Translations under genes and position numbers: made by a program
Part shown: positions 17,783-27,047 of the stretch, piece by piece
Layout of the letters: every line of letters begins with the position of its first letter
Position numbering within the stretch: the first letter of the stretch is position 1
Assembly: GCA_038065955.1 (NCBI GenBank)
Contig: JBBTPY010000007.1
Coordinates: 29,232 to 93,231, forward strand
From: Patescibacteria group bacterium
Lineage (GTDB): Bacteria; Patescibacteriota; Minisyncoccia; UBA6257; UBA9933
Length of the DNA: 64,000 nucleotides
Reading direction: 5' to 3'
The notes under the pieces: generated by a model
Told to the model about the DNA's origin: nothing
Seen by the model: only the letters and a program-made list of their open reading frames with translations
The model's database searches: none

Positions 17783-18781
17783 TTAAATTTTTTTATTGTA
17801 TTTTTTCCATATTTTCATATCACAAAAAAAATTAATAATTCCGCTCATCCACGCTATCGTCCTTAGTATAATAAAAATAGGCATAAAAATCCCGATAAAT
17901 ATTTTTTTATTCTTAAAGAAAAAACAAATCTCATTAAACTGAAAAAAATAAATTAAAATAGCAACGAGAACAACCACCGGGAAAAAACTAGAATAAAATA
18001 AAAGAGAGATTAAGGACAAAATAAAAACTAACCCCAGTGGCAATTCTAAAAAATAACGCAAACTTGAAACCTGATCTCCAGCCAATCGTTTCGGATGCTT
18101 TTTAATCAACATTACTCTGGCCCATGCGCCATGTATTCGTTGTTTCATAAAGCCCATAAAGCTTTCTGGCCAAAAATGAAGGCAAAATGTTTTTTTGGAA
18201 AGAACTAATTTATAACCGGCTGCTATAATTCTATAACTCACTTCGTTATCTTGACCATATATGAATTCTGGATCAAATAAACCAATTTTATCCAAAACGG
18301 CTTTTCTGTAAATAACATTTGTTGTACTAAGATGATCAACAAAATCTCCTTCTATTTTAAATTGTCTATATTCCACATTATACCCAGATAAAGCCGCCCA
18401 AATATTTTTGGGATTCATTATTTTTGTCAAACCGGAAACAGCTGCAATTTTTTCGTTCTCAAAATATGGCATTAATTTTGAAAGCCAATCTTTATCGAGT
18501 GAGACATCTCCATCGAGCACTGCAATAAAATCAGTATTTGCCATTTTTAATCCCACATTCAAAGATTTAGCCACGCCCTGATTATTTTGGAAAATATATT
18601 TTATATTTTTATGCTTTTTCATAAATCCCTTTACTATTTCGGCCGAATTATCAATACTTCCATCGTCTACAACGATTATTTCTTCAAATTTTCTCGGCTG
18701 AGACAACAAAGATCCCAATGTTTTAGTAATTGTATTTTGTTTGTTATAAAGCGTAATGAGAGCGCTAATAGAGTTATTCAT
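17783..18781 (-). CDS. family 2 glycosyltransferase with C-terminal TM helices
   Basis: ORF track 17783..18835; start likely MNNSISALITLYNKQ; VVDDGSIDNS and DGD motifs (GT-A fold); 3-4 C-terminal TM helices. Confidence 0.75.
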   Translation of the reverse strand: MNNSISALITLYNKQNTITKTLGSLLSQPRKFEEIIVVDDGSIDNSAEIVKGFMKKHKNIKYIFQNNQGVAKSLNVGLKMANTDFIAVLDGDVSLDKDWLSKLMPYFENEKIAAVSGLTKIMNPKNIWAALSGYNVEYRQFKIEGDFVDHLSTTNVIYRKAVLDKIGLFDPEFIYGQDNEVSYRIIAAGYKLVLSKKTFCLHFWPESFMGFMKQRIHGAWARVMLIKKHPKRLAGDQVSSLRYFLELPLGLVFILSLISLLFYSSFFPVVVLVAILIYFFQFNEICFFFKNKKIFIGIFMPIFIILRTIAWMSGIINFFCDMKIWKKYNKKI

Positions 18782-18791
18782 ATTGTTGCCA

Positions 18792-19685
18792 CTAACGGGA
18801 TTTTTTAATTCTACTCTCGTAAATTTTCGCGTCAACCAAAAACCTGTACCAAAAAGCGTGCAGAAAGTGGAATATCAACCCCTCTTTGCCATCCAAAAAT
18901 CCGAATCGCAAGAAATAACGATAGCAGAAATAAGCGCAAGCGCGGAAAAATAACGGTAGCCGGTAATAAAAATTCTTTTTACTGATTCCGAAATCGCCGG
19001 CCAAAACCGCCGCCGCTTCGCGCGTAGAATAATTATTATGCTTGCTAACCCAGTCCGCTAATCCTTTCTTATTGTCGTCAATAAAATCATTTTTCAATTT
19101 TCCGGATTTTCCCTCTAATAAAACAATATGCTCGTCCATTTCTCTTTGCTCGGAACGCGCCTTACCCTTCCTAAATAATCTTAAAAACCAAAATGGATAA
19201 TAATCGCCGTGTTTTATCCAACGGCCCATAAAATAAACTCTGCGCTTGATAAAATAACCATTTATATTTATTGAAAAAAATTTTTCTCTTTTTTCAATCC
19301 GCTCACGCCCGACTGCCGCCTTCGGCGGCAAATTAACGGGCTGCGCTTCCGTTAAGGTTTCAGAAATAGAAAAATTTTCTTCCAATGCCTTATTAATTTC
19401 GCTTTTAAGTTCTTCGGTCAAATACTCATCCGCGTCCAAACGCAAAATCCATTCGTTTTTTATTTTTAAATTATCCAGCGCCCAATTAAACTGCTGCGCC
19501 TGATTTTCAAATTTATGCTGAAAAATTTTACAGCCGTATTTTTCGGCGATTTCCAAAGTTTTATCAGTTGAAAAAGAATCAACGATAAAAATTTCATCCG
19601 CCCAATCACCGATGTTTTTCAGCAATCGCCCAATATGGATTTCTTCATTAAAAGTTAAAATTATAACGCTAAGAGAAATTTTCAT
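18792..19685 (-). CDS. family 2 glycosyltransferase
   Basis: 297 aa; LSVIILTFNEEIHIGRLL, IVDSFSTDKT, RLDADE (DxD). Confidence 0.8.
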   Translation of the reverse strand: MKISLSVIILTFNEEIHIGRLLKNIGDWADEIFIVDSFSTDKTLEIAEKYGCKIFQHKFENQAQQFNWALDNLKIKNEWILRLDADEYLTEELKSEINKALEENFSISETLTEAQPVNLPPKAAVGRERIEKREKFFSININGYFIKRRVYFMGRWIKHGDYYPFWFLRLFRKGKARSEQREMDEHIVLLEGKSGKLKNDFIDDNKKGLADWVSKHNNYSTREAAAVLAGDFGISKKNFYYRLPLFFRACAYFCYRYFLRFGFLDGKEGLIFHFLHAFWYRFLVDAKIYESRIKKSR

Positions 19686-19696
19686 GATTCATTAAG

Positions 19697-20179
19697 CTAA
19701 AAATCAAATAATTCTAATTGTTTGTTTTTATGTTTTAGATATTTTTTAACGACCAGCCAATATTCTTTCGCCAAATTTAAAATTCCAGCAGCTTCATTTT
19801 TTGAAATAAAATCAATCGGCTGATAAACGGCATTATTCCTTTTAATTCTACAGCGGTCAATTTTCCCAATCAATTCGGAAAAATTACCGCCGAGTAAGGC
19901 GCCGGAAACTAAAAACGTCGTTTTATGCTGTTCGCCGTCATCGGGACGAAAACCATTCAAAAATAAAATAACGCGCGATATCTGCAACACTCCGTCATAA
20001 GCGGATTTAAAAGCGGTCTCCGAAAACTCATTTTTTAAATTAAATTCCGCCGCTAAAAAATTCTGGCGCGCCGCCGCCAATAATCCGTTTAAAAAATCAA
20101 CATCCGTATTTTGCTTTCTAATTTTCCCTTCCTTTAATAATTTATCTAATAAAATTTTCAAATTCATTTTTATCGCCAA
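19697..20179 (-). CDS. HEPN-domain protein (putative toxin of a HEPN/MNT pair)
   Basis: 160 aa, all-helical by composition; candidate R-x(6)-H motif RPDDGEQH; overlaps upstream MNT gene by 38 nt. Confidence 0.5.
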   Translation of the reverse strand: MAIKMNLKILLDKLLKEGKIRKQNTDVDFLNGLLAAARQNFLAAEFNLKNEFSETAFKSAYDGVLQISRVILFLNGFRPDDGEQHKTTFLVSGALLGGNFSELIGKIDRCRIKRNNAVYQPIDFISKNEAAGILNLAKEYWLVVKKYLKHKNKQLELFDF

Positions 20180-20726
20180 TCACCAAAACATATTTAGATA
20201 AAATTTCTTTATGAAAAAACGATTGTTTTGATTTTTTTTGAAATTCTTCCCGCGTTGATAAATGATAATTGATTTCCCTGTGAATTTGTTCTTCCGCTTT
20301 TCTTATTTTTTTATACAAATCGCTTTCTTTAATTTCCCCGATAACATACAAATCAATGTCGGAATTTGATTTAAAATTTTCTTTCGCGTAAGAACCGAAT
20401 AAAAAAACGAAATCAATATCTTTTGCCCCGCGCAGTTCTTTTTCCAAAATCCGCCTCAAACCGATTGTTTTGCCAATAATGTTTTTAATGTCCGACAAAA
20501 GAGGATTCGCGGCGTTTATTTTAAAATAAGCCAGATTAGCTTTTTTTTCTTTCAATAAAAAATCGCTTTTTGCCAGTCGTTCCAATTCTCGCTGCGCCGT
20601 GCCGGCCGAAGTTTTAATCAATTTGGCCGTTTCATTTATATAATAAGATTTTTCAGGATTATAAACGAATAATAAAATAATTTCCCGCCTTATTTTTGAT
20701 TTGGTTATTAAATTTAATATACTCAT
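20142..20726 (-). CDS. winged-HTH + minimal nucleotidyltransferase (MNT) domain protein (putative antitoxin / HepT-modifying MntA-like)
   Basis: 194 aa; N-terminal HTH NETAKLIKTSAGTAQRELERLAKSDFL; MNT motif LFGSYAKENFKSNSDIDLYVIG. Confidence 0.7.
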   Translation of the reverse strand: MSILNLITKSKIRREIILLFVYNPEKSYYINETAKLIKTSAGTAQRELERLAKSDFLLKEKKANLAYFKINAANPLLSDIKNIIGKTIGLRRILEKELRGAKDIDFVFLFGSYAKENFKSNSDIDLYVIGEIKESDLYKKIRKAEEQIHREINYHLSTREEFQKKSKQSFFHKEILSKYVLVIGDKNEFENFIR

Positions 20727-20757
20727 AATTGAGTATAATTATACTCAATTATGAGTA
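20720..20757. promoter_or_regulatory. perfect 38-bp palindrome (TACTCATAATTGAGTATAATTATACTCAATTATGAGTA) overlapping the start codon of the HTH-MNT gene; putative autoregulatory operator
   Basis: Read directly: each half is the reverse complement of the other, centre TATAATTATA; minus-strand ATG at 20726-20724 lies inside the left arm. Confidence 0.5.
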
Positions 20758-20768
20758 AGAATCAACAA

Positions 20769-20840
20769 TTAAAATCTTAACCGCTCAATGTGAATTTCTT
20801 CGTTGTAGGTAAGAATTATGATACTAAGAGGAATTTTCAT
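20769..20840 (-). pseudogene. 5' remnant of a family-2 glycosyltransferase paralog (23 codons: MKIPLSIIILTYNEEIHIERLRF*)
   Basis: Nucleotide and peptide similarity to the start of the intact GT2 at 19685 (MKISLSVIILTFNEEIHIGRLL); both begin ...aagag(a/g)aattttcat. Confidence 0.55.
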
Positions 20841-20890
20841 TTTAATACCTAATTTTTCAATTTAAAGCGGTCCGCTTTTGCCTCCATAAT

Positions 20891-23668
20891 TTATCTCAAC
20901 GAAATAATAGCCGTGTAAAACTTGCCGTCGTTGAGAACGACTCTGAACTGCCAACTTCCGACAGATAAATTATCAGTGGCCAAATTATAAACATATTGAT
21001 TATTTTCCGAATCGTATCGGAACGTATTTCCCGCATCCGCCGCTGATGTTGAAAAAGCTATTTCATCCGTACCAACAACGCCATCAGAAATTTTAGCCAA
21101 ATAAAGATAAGCTGTAGCCGTTGATATATAATTGTTATTGATATCGGTTAATTGAAACTTAATCGGCAAAGTTATCCTTAATTTATAAATACCGGAACCA
21201 TCGGCTTTAATCGGAGACAAAAAACCGCCAAATCTGTAAGCGGTATTAAAATAAATAATTTTGGTTGAAATATTCCCATCATAATCTACGGCGGTAATTT
21301 TAAGAACATTTAAGCCGAGTTTGGTTAAAACAACAATTTGCCCGTTATTCACTACAACATCATTTAATAACGCTTCCACGCCGGCTATGCCGGAAATTTT
21401 ATCCGTCGCGCTAAATTGAATTTGTAATTGAGAATTAAGCAAATATTCACCCGCGATCGGCGATACGTTTATCTGCGGTGGCTCAATATCGTGCAATTCC
21501 GCATCGGAATCAATTGTTTGGTCTATTACGCCGTCTCCTTCGTAATCTATGTTTAATTTTACGCCCCTTTCGCCCCTGTTAAGCGCGTCCCAATCAATCC
21601 GGTATTGATGAATTTCTCCTTCCGTAATGGATAAATTAATGGCGCTGAATCCGGAAAAAATTCCGTGTTGCGCATTAACAATATCCAAACCGTATTTCCC
21701 GCTGGCGGTTCCAATAATGCTATAAACATAAGAATCGTTTTGGAAAAATATCGCCGCTCCTTTCACATTTGCGTCATAAACGGAAAAAGGAATTTCTTCT
21801 TTTACGAGATTATCAAAAACGCCTGTTTTTCGTCCTTGAGAATCAGTGATTTGCAATTCTCCCGGGCTGTTTAATTTCACAAGGATTTTATTATTATTCA
21901 CCGTTTTCAACTTACGGCTTAATGTTTCTATGGCGATTTTATTGGCGTCATTGATAATTCCGGCAAAATAATTATTTAAATAACTTAATCTAATAGCCAC
22001 ACCACCTAAATAATCGCCGTATAAACCTTTTTCATTTTTAACAATGCCGTTATAACCCCACACTATAAGCGATATTTTAATGTCAGCACAAGTTAAATTA
22101 ACACCGTCTATTGTTAACGGACAAGAAGTAATAATTCGCGGATTAGCCATTAATCTTAATGCTTGGTCGTATTTATTTTGTAAAACTCTGAATCCGTCTT
22201 TTATGTTCGCGTATATTCCCTGCAAAGCGTTAGAATAATATTTACTGAATCTGCCAACCCATTCTTCTCCTTTACAATCATCGCGTTTAGAATTTATATC
22301 TAATCCGCTTCCCAATCCTTTGGAATTCGGCGACGTGATTTGCATAATTCCAATTCCGCCGTCAAAAGCGCCGGCGCAAATTTCATTATTAAATTCAGGC
22401 CCGGATTCTTCGGCTCCAACGGCTAAAATAAGCTCTTTTGGAAATTCCGAATCTATGATAAATTTTTGAAAATTATTCTTATTATCCCTGCCTCCGCCTC
22501 CATCATAAAGAGAATTTTCAGAATTATTTTTTGCGTAATAATTATTTACCGCGTCCAAAATAACTGGTTTTCTTTTATCAGCCGTATCTAATTGCGTTTC
22601 CGCTTTATTTTGTAAATCGCTTTGATTATTCGGATTGTAATCTAAATATATTGTTCCGTTTGTTAAATTTTTTGCCGCCATCCAACCAATAACTCCGTCA
22701 ATTTTGTCTTCAACTTGATACCAACGATAACCGTCTATATCTATATTATTGCCGTTATCGTCAATGATTTTTATAACTTTGAGCGCCCAACTATTGGGAA
22801 GAGTTTTTAATAAAACACCGGAAATACCGGCGCTTTGACGAAAATTCAATCTGGCAGATTGAATTTCAGACCAAAATTGCGTTGGCTGATTTGCCAAAGC
22901 ATAATTTAAAGCTATTTCTTCGGCCGAACGAGCGATATTAGAAATACGAATCTCGTCAATTAACCCCTGCATTCTTCCTTGTGAACTTGAATAACCTCCA
23001 CCCCAAGTATGACGATTAATATATAATGAATCTATTGTGGTTGTAATAAAATTAGGAGAATAAGAACTTATTGCTTCCAATACTCCATTAACATAAAGTT
23101 TTGCGTAACTATCATCATAAATAAAAACTACATAATACCATTGGTTTGGATTAAATAAACGAGTACTGACACTTATGCCCTGAAAATTTCCATTAAAATA
23201 AATTTCTCGAAAACTATTAGCGCTTGCGCACCAACTATCGGAATTACGCCATAATTTTAAACTATAAGCATTAATTTCATCGCCTTTACCTTTTTGAATA
23301 ATAGATTCATTATTATCCCAACAACCTAAATCAAAACCGCTCGGATAAACCCATGCTTCAAGAGTTAATTGAGAAAAATTTCTTAAAGAAGGGTTGTCTG
23401 GCACAGTAATATAATCTGTTTGGCCGTTAAAATATCTCGCTTTACCGAATTTACCGTCTATGATTGTTGCGCCAATGGCGGTTCCGTTATTTATTCCGGT
23501 TTCATCGGTTGCCGTATTGCCGGAAATATCGTTAAATCTCCAAAGAGCCGCTGTGTTGGCGTCAATGATAAATAAACTTTCAGGACCTGCAGCCCAAGCT
23601 TTGCTAAAATTAAAATAAATAAAACTCAATAATAAAATAATAAAAACTGGCGTGATTTTTTTAAACAT
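20891..23668 (-). CDS. secreted multidomain protein: LamG/ConA-like lectin domain + lytic-transglycosylase (SLT)-like domain + C-terminal Ig-like beta-sandwich repeats
   Basis: 925 aa; N-terminal signal peptide; LamG hallmark LTLEAWVYP...GLIDEIRISNIARSAEEI; SLT-like AEESGPEF...GGIGIMQITS and VWGYNG (E-S...GxMQ...YNxG); T/S/G-rich Ig-like C-terminus. Confidence 0.6.
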   Translation of the reverse strand: MFKKITPVFIILLLSFIYFNFSKAWAAGPESLFIIDANTAALWRFNDISGNTATDETGINNGTAIGATIIDGKFGKARYFNGQTDYITVPDNPSLRNFSQLTLEAWVYPSGFDLGCWDNNESIIQKGKGDEINAYSLKLWRNSDSWCASANSFREIYFNGNFQGISVSTRLFNPNQWYYVVFIYDDSYAKLYVNGVLEAISSYSPNFITTTIDSLYINRHTWGGGYSSSQGRMQGLIDEIRISNIARSAEEIALNYALANQPTQFWSEIQSARLNFRQSAGISGVLLKTLPNSWALKVIKIIDDNGNNIDIDGYRWYQVEDKIDGVIGWMAAKNLTNGTIYLDYNPNNQSDLQNKAETQLDTADKRKPVILDAVNNYYAKNNSENSLYDGGGGRDNKNNFQKFIIDSEFPKELILAVGAEESGPEFNNEICAGAFDGGIGIMQITSPNSKGLGSGLDINSKRDDCKGEEWVGRFSKYYSNALQGIYANIKDGFRVLQNKYDQALRLMANPRIITSCPLTIDGVNLTCADIKISLIVWGYNGIVKNEKGLYGDYLGGVAIRLSYLNNYFAGIINDANKIAIETLSRKLKTVNNNKILVKLNSPGELQITDSQGRKTGVFDNLVKEEIPFSVYDANVKGAAIFFQNDSYVYSIIGTASGKYGLDIVNAQHGIFSGFSAINLSITEGEIHQYRIDWDALNRGERGVKLNIDYEGDGVIDQTIDSDAELHDIEPPQINVSPIAGEYLLNSQLQIQFSATDKISGIAGVEALLNDVVVNNGQIVVLTKLGLNVLKITAVDYDGNISTKIIYFNTAYRFGGFLSPIKADGSGIYKLRITLPIKFQLTDINNNYISTATAYLYLAKISDGVVGTDEIAFSTSAADAGNTFRYDSENNQYVYNLATDNLSVGSWQFRVVLNDGKFYTAIISLR

Positions 23669-23707
23669 ATTTTTTATATTTTTATTTATATTCCGACTTT
23701 TTATAAT

Positions 23708-24322
23708 TTAATTTTCGGCTAAAACAAAAATTGAATGATTAATCGGCCAAAATCTGCCGTAATAACCGTAATTTAAAATGTTAAAATTATTTCTATTCAA
23801 TAAATCAAACAATGTTTTCTTTGTAAAAAATCTTATATGCGCCCCTACTGGATTAAAATGTTTATTAAAAGCAAAAAGCGTGATTAATAAATTTTTAATA
23901 AACCCGTGATAAGGCGTTGTAAGTAATATTTTCCCGCCCGGCCGCAAAATGCGCGCCACTTCTTTAAGGGCGTTTTCCACATCATAAATATGTTCAATAA
24001 CTTCTGAAGAAAAAATAAAGTCAACACAACCGTTATTTAATGGGAATTTCTCGCCGTCATTAATTTTATAAAATTCAATACTCGGTAAATCTTTTTTTGC
24101 CCGCTGCAAAGCTGTTTCAGAAACATCTAACCCTATTAATTTTGCCTTAGAATTTATTTTTCGTATTTCTTCTAAAATTTTTCCGTTTCCGCATCCAAAA
24201 TCAATAATTACAATATCGCTGTCTAATGGAATAAATTTCTTCAATTTCGGCCATTTAAGTTCAAAATCGCTTAAATAACTATTTTGCCCATCCCAATAAT
24301 TTTCATAGAATTTATTACTCAT
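23708..24322 (-). CDS. class I SAM-dependent methyltransferase
   Basis: 204 aa; VIIDFGCGNGK motif I, LRPGGKILLTTP motif. Confidence 0.8.
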   Translation of the reverse strand: MSNKFYENYWDGQNSYLSDFELKWPKLKKFIPLDSDIVIIDFGCGNGKILEEIRKINSKAKLIGLDVSETALQRAKKDLPSIEFYKINDGEKFPLNNGCVDFIFSSEVIEHIYDVENALKEVARILRPGGKILLTTPYHGFIKNLLITLFAFNKHFNPVGAHIRFFTKKTLFDLLNRNNFNILNYGYYGRFWPINHSIFVLAEN

Positions 24323-24330
24323 ATAAATAA

Positions 24331-25593
24331 TTATAATTCAATACTTTTATAAAACAAATTATTATATTCTTTTATCCATTTCTCCGCCACTCCATCGCAG
24401 GAAAATTCTTTTTCAACCAATTTACGGCCGTTTTCGCCCATTTTTTTCGCCAAATCCGGATTATTTAAAATTTTCAAAATCGCTTCGGTTAATTGTTTTT
24501 CGTTTTTTTCAATCACGATACCGGCTCCGACCTTATTAATACTTGGCGAAATTCCAACGCCTTTTGTAATCACGACCGGCAAACCGAAATACATCGCTTC
24601 AACAACCGCCATCCCAAAATTTTCCGAATAAGACGGCAAAACAAAAACATCGCTTTCGCGATAAGCCGCGATTTTATCGTTTCCTAAAAGCATTCCGGTA
24701 AAAATGACATTGGCATCTTTAATATTTTGAACGTCCGACGTCCTCAATATCAATGGTCTCAATTTATGGACGTCGGACGTCCTTATATTAATTCCATTGA
24801 TAAATTTTAAAACTTCTCCCTGATAGTCATTGTCCGGCCCAGCCAAAACCAAAACCGCGTTCGGCTCTTTTTTAACAACTTCCGCGAAAGCCGGAATTAA
24901 AGTGTCCAAACCCTTAATCCAATGCAGGCGCCCAAAAAAAAGAATTATTTTTTTACCAGCGTTAATGCCAAATTTATCTCTAAAAATTAATTTCGTTTCG
25001 TATTGATTTTGTATTTCGTAGCCACTTATATCAATACTATTCGGAATAACAACCGTTTTTTTAAACGGCAATCCGGCTTTTAAATATTCTTCTTTTTCCG
25101 CTTCAACCGTAAAATGAATCGCTGCCGCGTTTTTAAAATCTCTCTTTGATATCAGCCAAAAATAAAGCCTTTTTTTAAAAGAACTTTTTTTCGCGAGCGG
25201 CTCCTTCATTAAAGAACCCCGCGGAGAAATAATATATGGCTTTTTATAAAATCTCGCCCAGAAAGCCGCGGCGATAACCGGAAAATTCCAAACTCCGGTG
25301 ATATGAATTAAATCGAAATTCTTAATATTTTTTCTTATCGCCCAGCACAAAACCGGCGAAAAAGTCCAATGAATATAGCCGTAATAAGGGAAATAAAACA
25401 CTTTAACGCCGTCTATGCCGGTTTCTCTGCCTAAAACAATGTTTTCTTTATTTTTTAATCCGGCGTTAGTAGTGTAAACGGTTACCTCAACGCCTTTTTT
25501 TGATAACCATTTATTCAATTGATGGACGCTTTCTATGGGACCGCCCATCTCAAATGCCGGCCAGTATGAAGAAGATATATGAAGAATTTTCAT
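24331..25593 (-). CDS. family 4 (GT-B) glycosyltransferase
   Basis: 420 aa; N-terminal MKILHISSSYWPAFEMGGP; C-terminal E-x7-E region FGMAVVEAMYFGLPVVITKGVG. Confidence 0.85.
   Translation of the reverse strand: MKILHISSSYWPAFEMGGPIESVHQLNKWLSKKGVEVTVYTTNAGLKNKENIVLGRETGIDGVKVFYFPYYGYIHWTFSPVLCWAIRKNIKNFDLIHITGVWNFPVIAAAFWARFYKKPYIISPRGSLMKEPLAKKSSFKKRLYFWLISKRDFKNAAAIHFTVEAEKEEYLKAGLPFKKTVVIPNSIDISGYEIQNQYETKLIFRDKFGINAGKKIILFFGRLHWIKGLDTLIPAFAEVVKKEPNAVLVLAGPDNDYQGEVLKFINGINIRTSDVHKLRPLILRTSDVQNIKDANVIFTGMLLGNDKIAAYRESDVFVLPSYSENFGMAVVEAMYFGLPVVITKGVGISPSINKVGAGIVIEKNEKQLTEAILKILNNPDLAKKMGENGRKLVEKEFSCDGVAEKWIKEYNNLFYKSIEL
24729..24782. repeat. GC-rich inverted repeat (13-bp stems ACGTCCGACGTCC / GGACGTCGGACGT, 24-nt loop) embedded in-frame in the GT4 gene
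   Basis: Read directly; encodes duplicated peptide RTSDV...RTSDV; far more GC-rich than flanking sequence. Confidence 0.7.
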
Positions 25594-27047
25594 TTATTTT
25601 TAAATGTTATAAAAATTTCTTTTAATATTTTTTCTTTTAATAGATAAAGAATAATAAAATAAAATATCCCGGAAACCGCAATATTTATTAAAATATGAAT
25701 CCCCGCTTCTTTAATAACGTAGACAAAAACTCCCATTATCGAAGCGGCAATCGCTGGTTTTATTAACCCGGAAAAAATTTTAAAATCGTAAATCTTTTTC
25801 CATTCCTGCCAAAGCAAAATAATATAAATAAAAAATGAAATCAGAGTTGCCAGCGCGGCTCCTTCTATTCCATATTTCGGAATAAATAAAAAATTTAAAA
25901 TTATATTACTCGATGAAGAAATAAGAGCGTATTTTATCATTTTTGAATGCTTGTCTAACGCAAATAATAAATTAGATATGATTGCCAAAGGATGAACCGC
26001 TAAAATAGAAAAAAGAAGAATTATAAAAGTATTGGCAGCCGGCACATAACTTTGGCCGAATAAAAATTCCATAATGGAATCGCTAAGTAAAAATCCTCCG
26101 ATTATTAACGGAATAACGGCAATAAAAATTATTTTTAAAGCATTTTCAAAAAGATTCCCCATCTTTTGGCTATCGGAATGCGCCAGTCGCGACAAACTCG
26201 GAAAAGTAGCTGTCGCGACAAACCCGGGGAATATCGCCAACATACCGACAATTTTTTGCGCCGCTGAATAAAGGCCTATTTCTCCCGTTGTCCGCCACCA
26301 GCCGAGCATAACAATATCAATATTAAATAAAAAAGCGCTAGCAAGGCCGCCAACGGCAAAAGGCCAGGCGGATTTTAATATTGGCGCCACTAAATTTTTA
26401 GAAAAATCTTTGAATATGCCCCTCATGAAAGATTTTAATAAAAAAATAGCGGCAATAACCCCAACAAGAGAAGCTATTGCGTTTGATATTGTAAAAGATT
26501 TCGGACTTGCCCAAAAATATAACGCGATAAAACCAAAAAACACTAAGGCAATATTGCCAGCCACAACAACAATCGCCTCTAATTCCATTTTTTCTTTTCC
26601 TCTGAAAAAAGCCACGAAAAGATCTTTTAAATCGTCAAAAATAAGAATCAAAGCCACAAAAGGAAGCAAGGCGATCGCCGCTTTAATTCCGCTGAATAAC
26701 GGCGCGATAAAAATAATTAGAAACGCGGTAATAACCAATAAAACAATTTCTATCCAAAAAGCCGTTGATAAATAATAATGCTGTTCTTCTGGTTTTTTCG
26801 CCACTTCGCGAGTTAAGATGGAATCAACTCCGATATTTTTAAAAAAAACAAAAAAACCGGCCAAACCAAGGGCGTAAGAAAAAACACCGTATCCTTCAAC
26901 GCCAAGTTTTCTTGCGGCATAGATAATAATTATCGCCTTTAATAAGCGACTGCCACTATTACCAACCAATAACCAAAGAAAATTCTTTAAAATCTTAGCT
27001 TTTAAAGTTGTATCAATTAAAAAGATATTTTTAATTCTCTTTATCAT
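25590..27047 (-). CDS. Wzx-type flippase (MOP family), paralog of 14580..16049
   Basis: 485 aa; N-terminal FLWLLVGNSGSRLLKAIIIIYAARKLGVEGYGVFSYALGLAGFF aligns with VFWLGIGQVGSRLIRAAIIIYAARILGAAEYGVFSYVLSLAGFF of the other copy. Confidence 0.8.
   Translation of the reverse strand: MIKRIKNIFLIDTTLKAKILKNFLWLLVGNSGSRLLKAIIIIYAARKLGVEGYGVFSYALGLAGFFVFFKNIGVDSILTREVAKKPEEQHYYLSTAFWIEIVLLVITAFLIIFIAPLFSGIKAAIALLPFVALILIFDDLKDLFVAFFRGKEKMELEAIVVVAGNIALVFFGFIALYFWASPKSFTISNAIASLVGVIAAIFLLKSFMRGIFKDFSKNLVAPILKSAWPFAVGGLASAFLFNIDIVMLGWWRTTGEIGLYSAAQKIVGMLAIFPGFVATATFPSLSRLAHSDSQKMGNLFENALKIIFIAVIPLIIGGFLLSDSIMEFLFGQSYVPAANTFIILLFSILAVHPLAIISNLLFALDKHSKMIKYALISSSSNIILNFLFIPKYGIEGAALATLISFFIYIILLWQEWKKIYDFKIFSGLIKPAIAASIMGVFVYVIKEAGIHILINIAVSGIFYFIILYLLKEKILKEIFITFKNK

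Noticed and set aside
20861-20880. Short hairpin AAAGCG-GTC-CGCTTTT downstream of the LamG-SLT gene
   Set aside because: Only 6-bp stem with a 3-nt loop and the T-tract is on the plus strand while the flanking genes are minus-strand; too weak to call a terminator.
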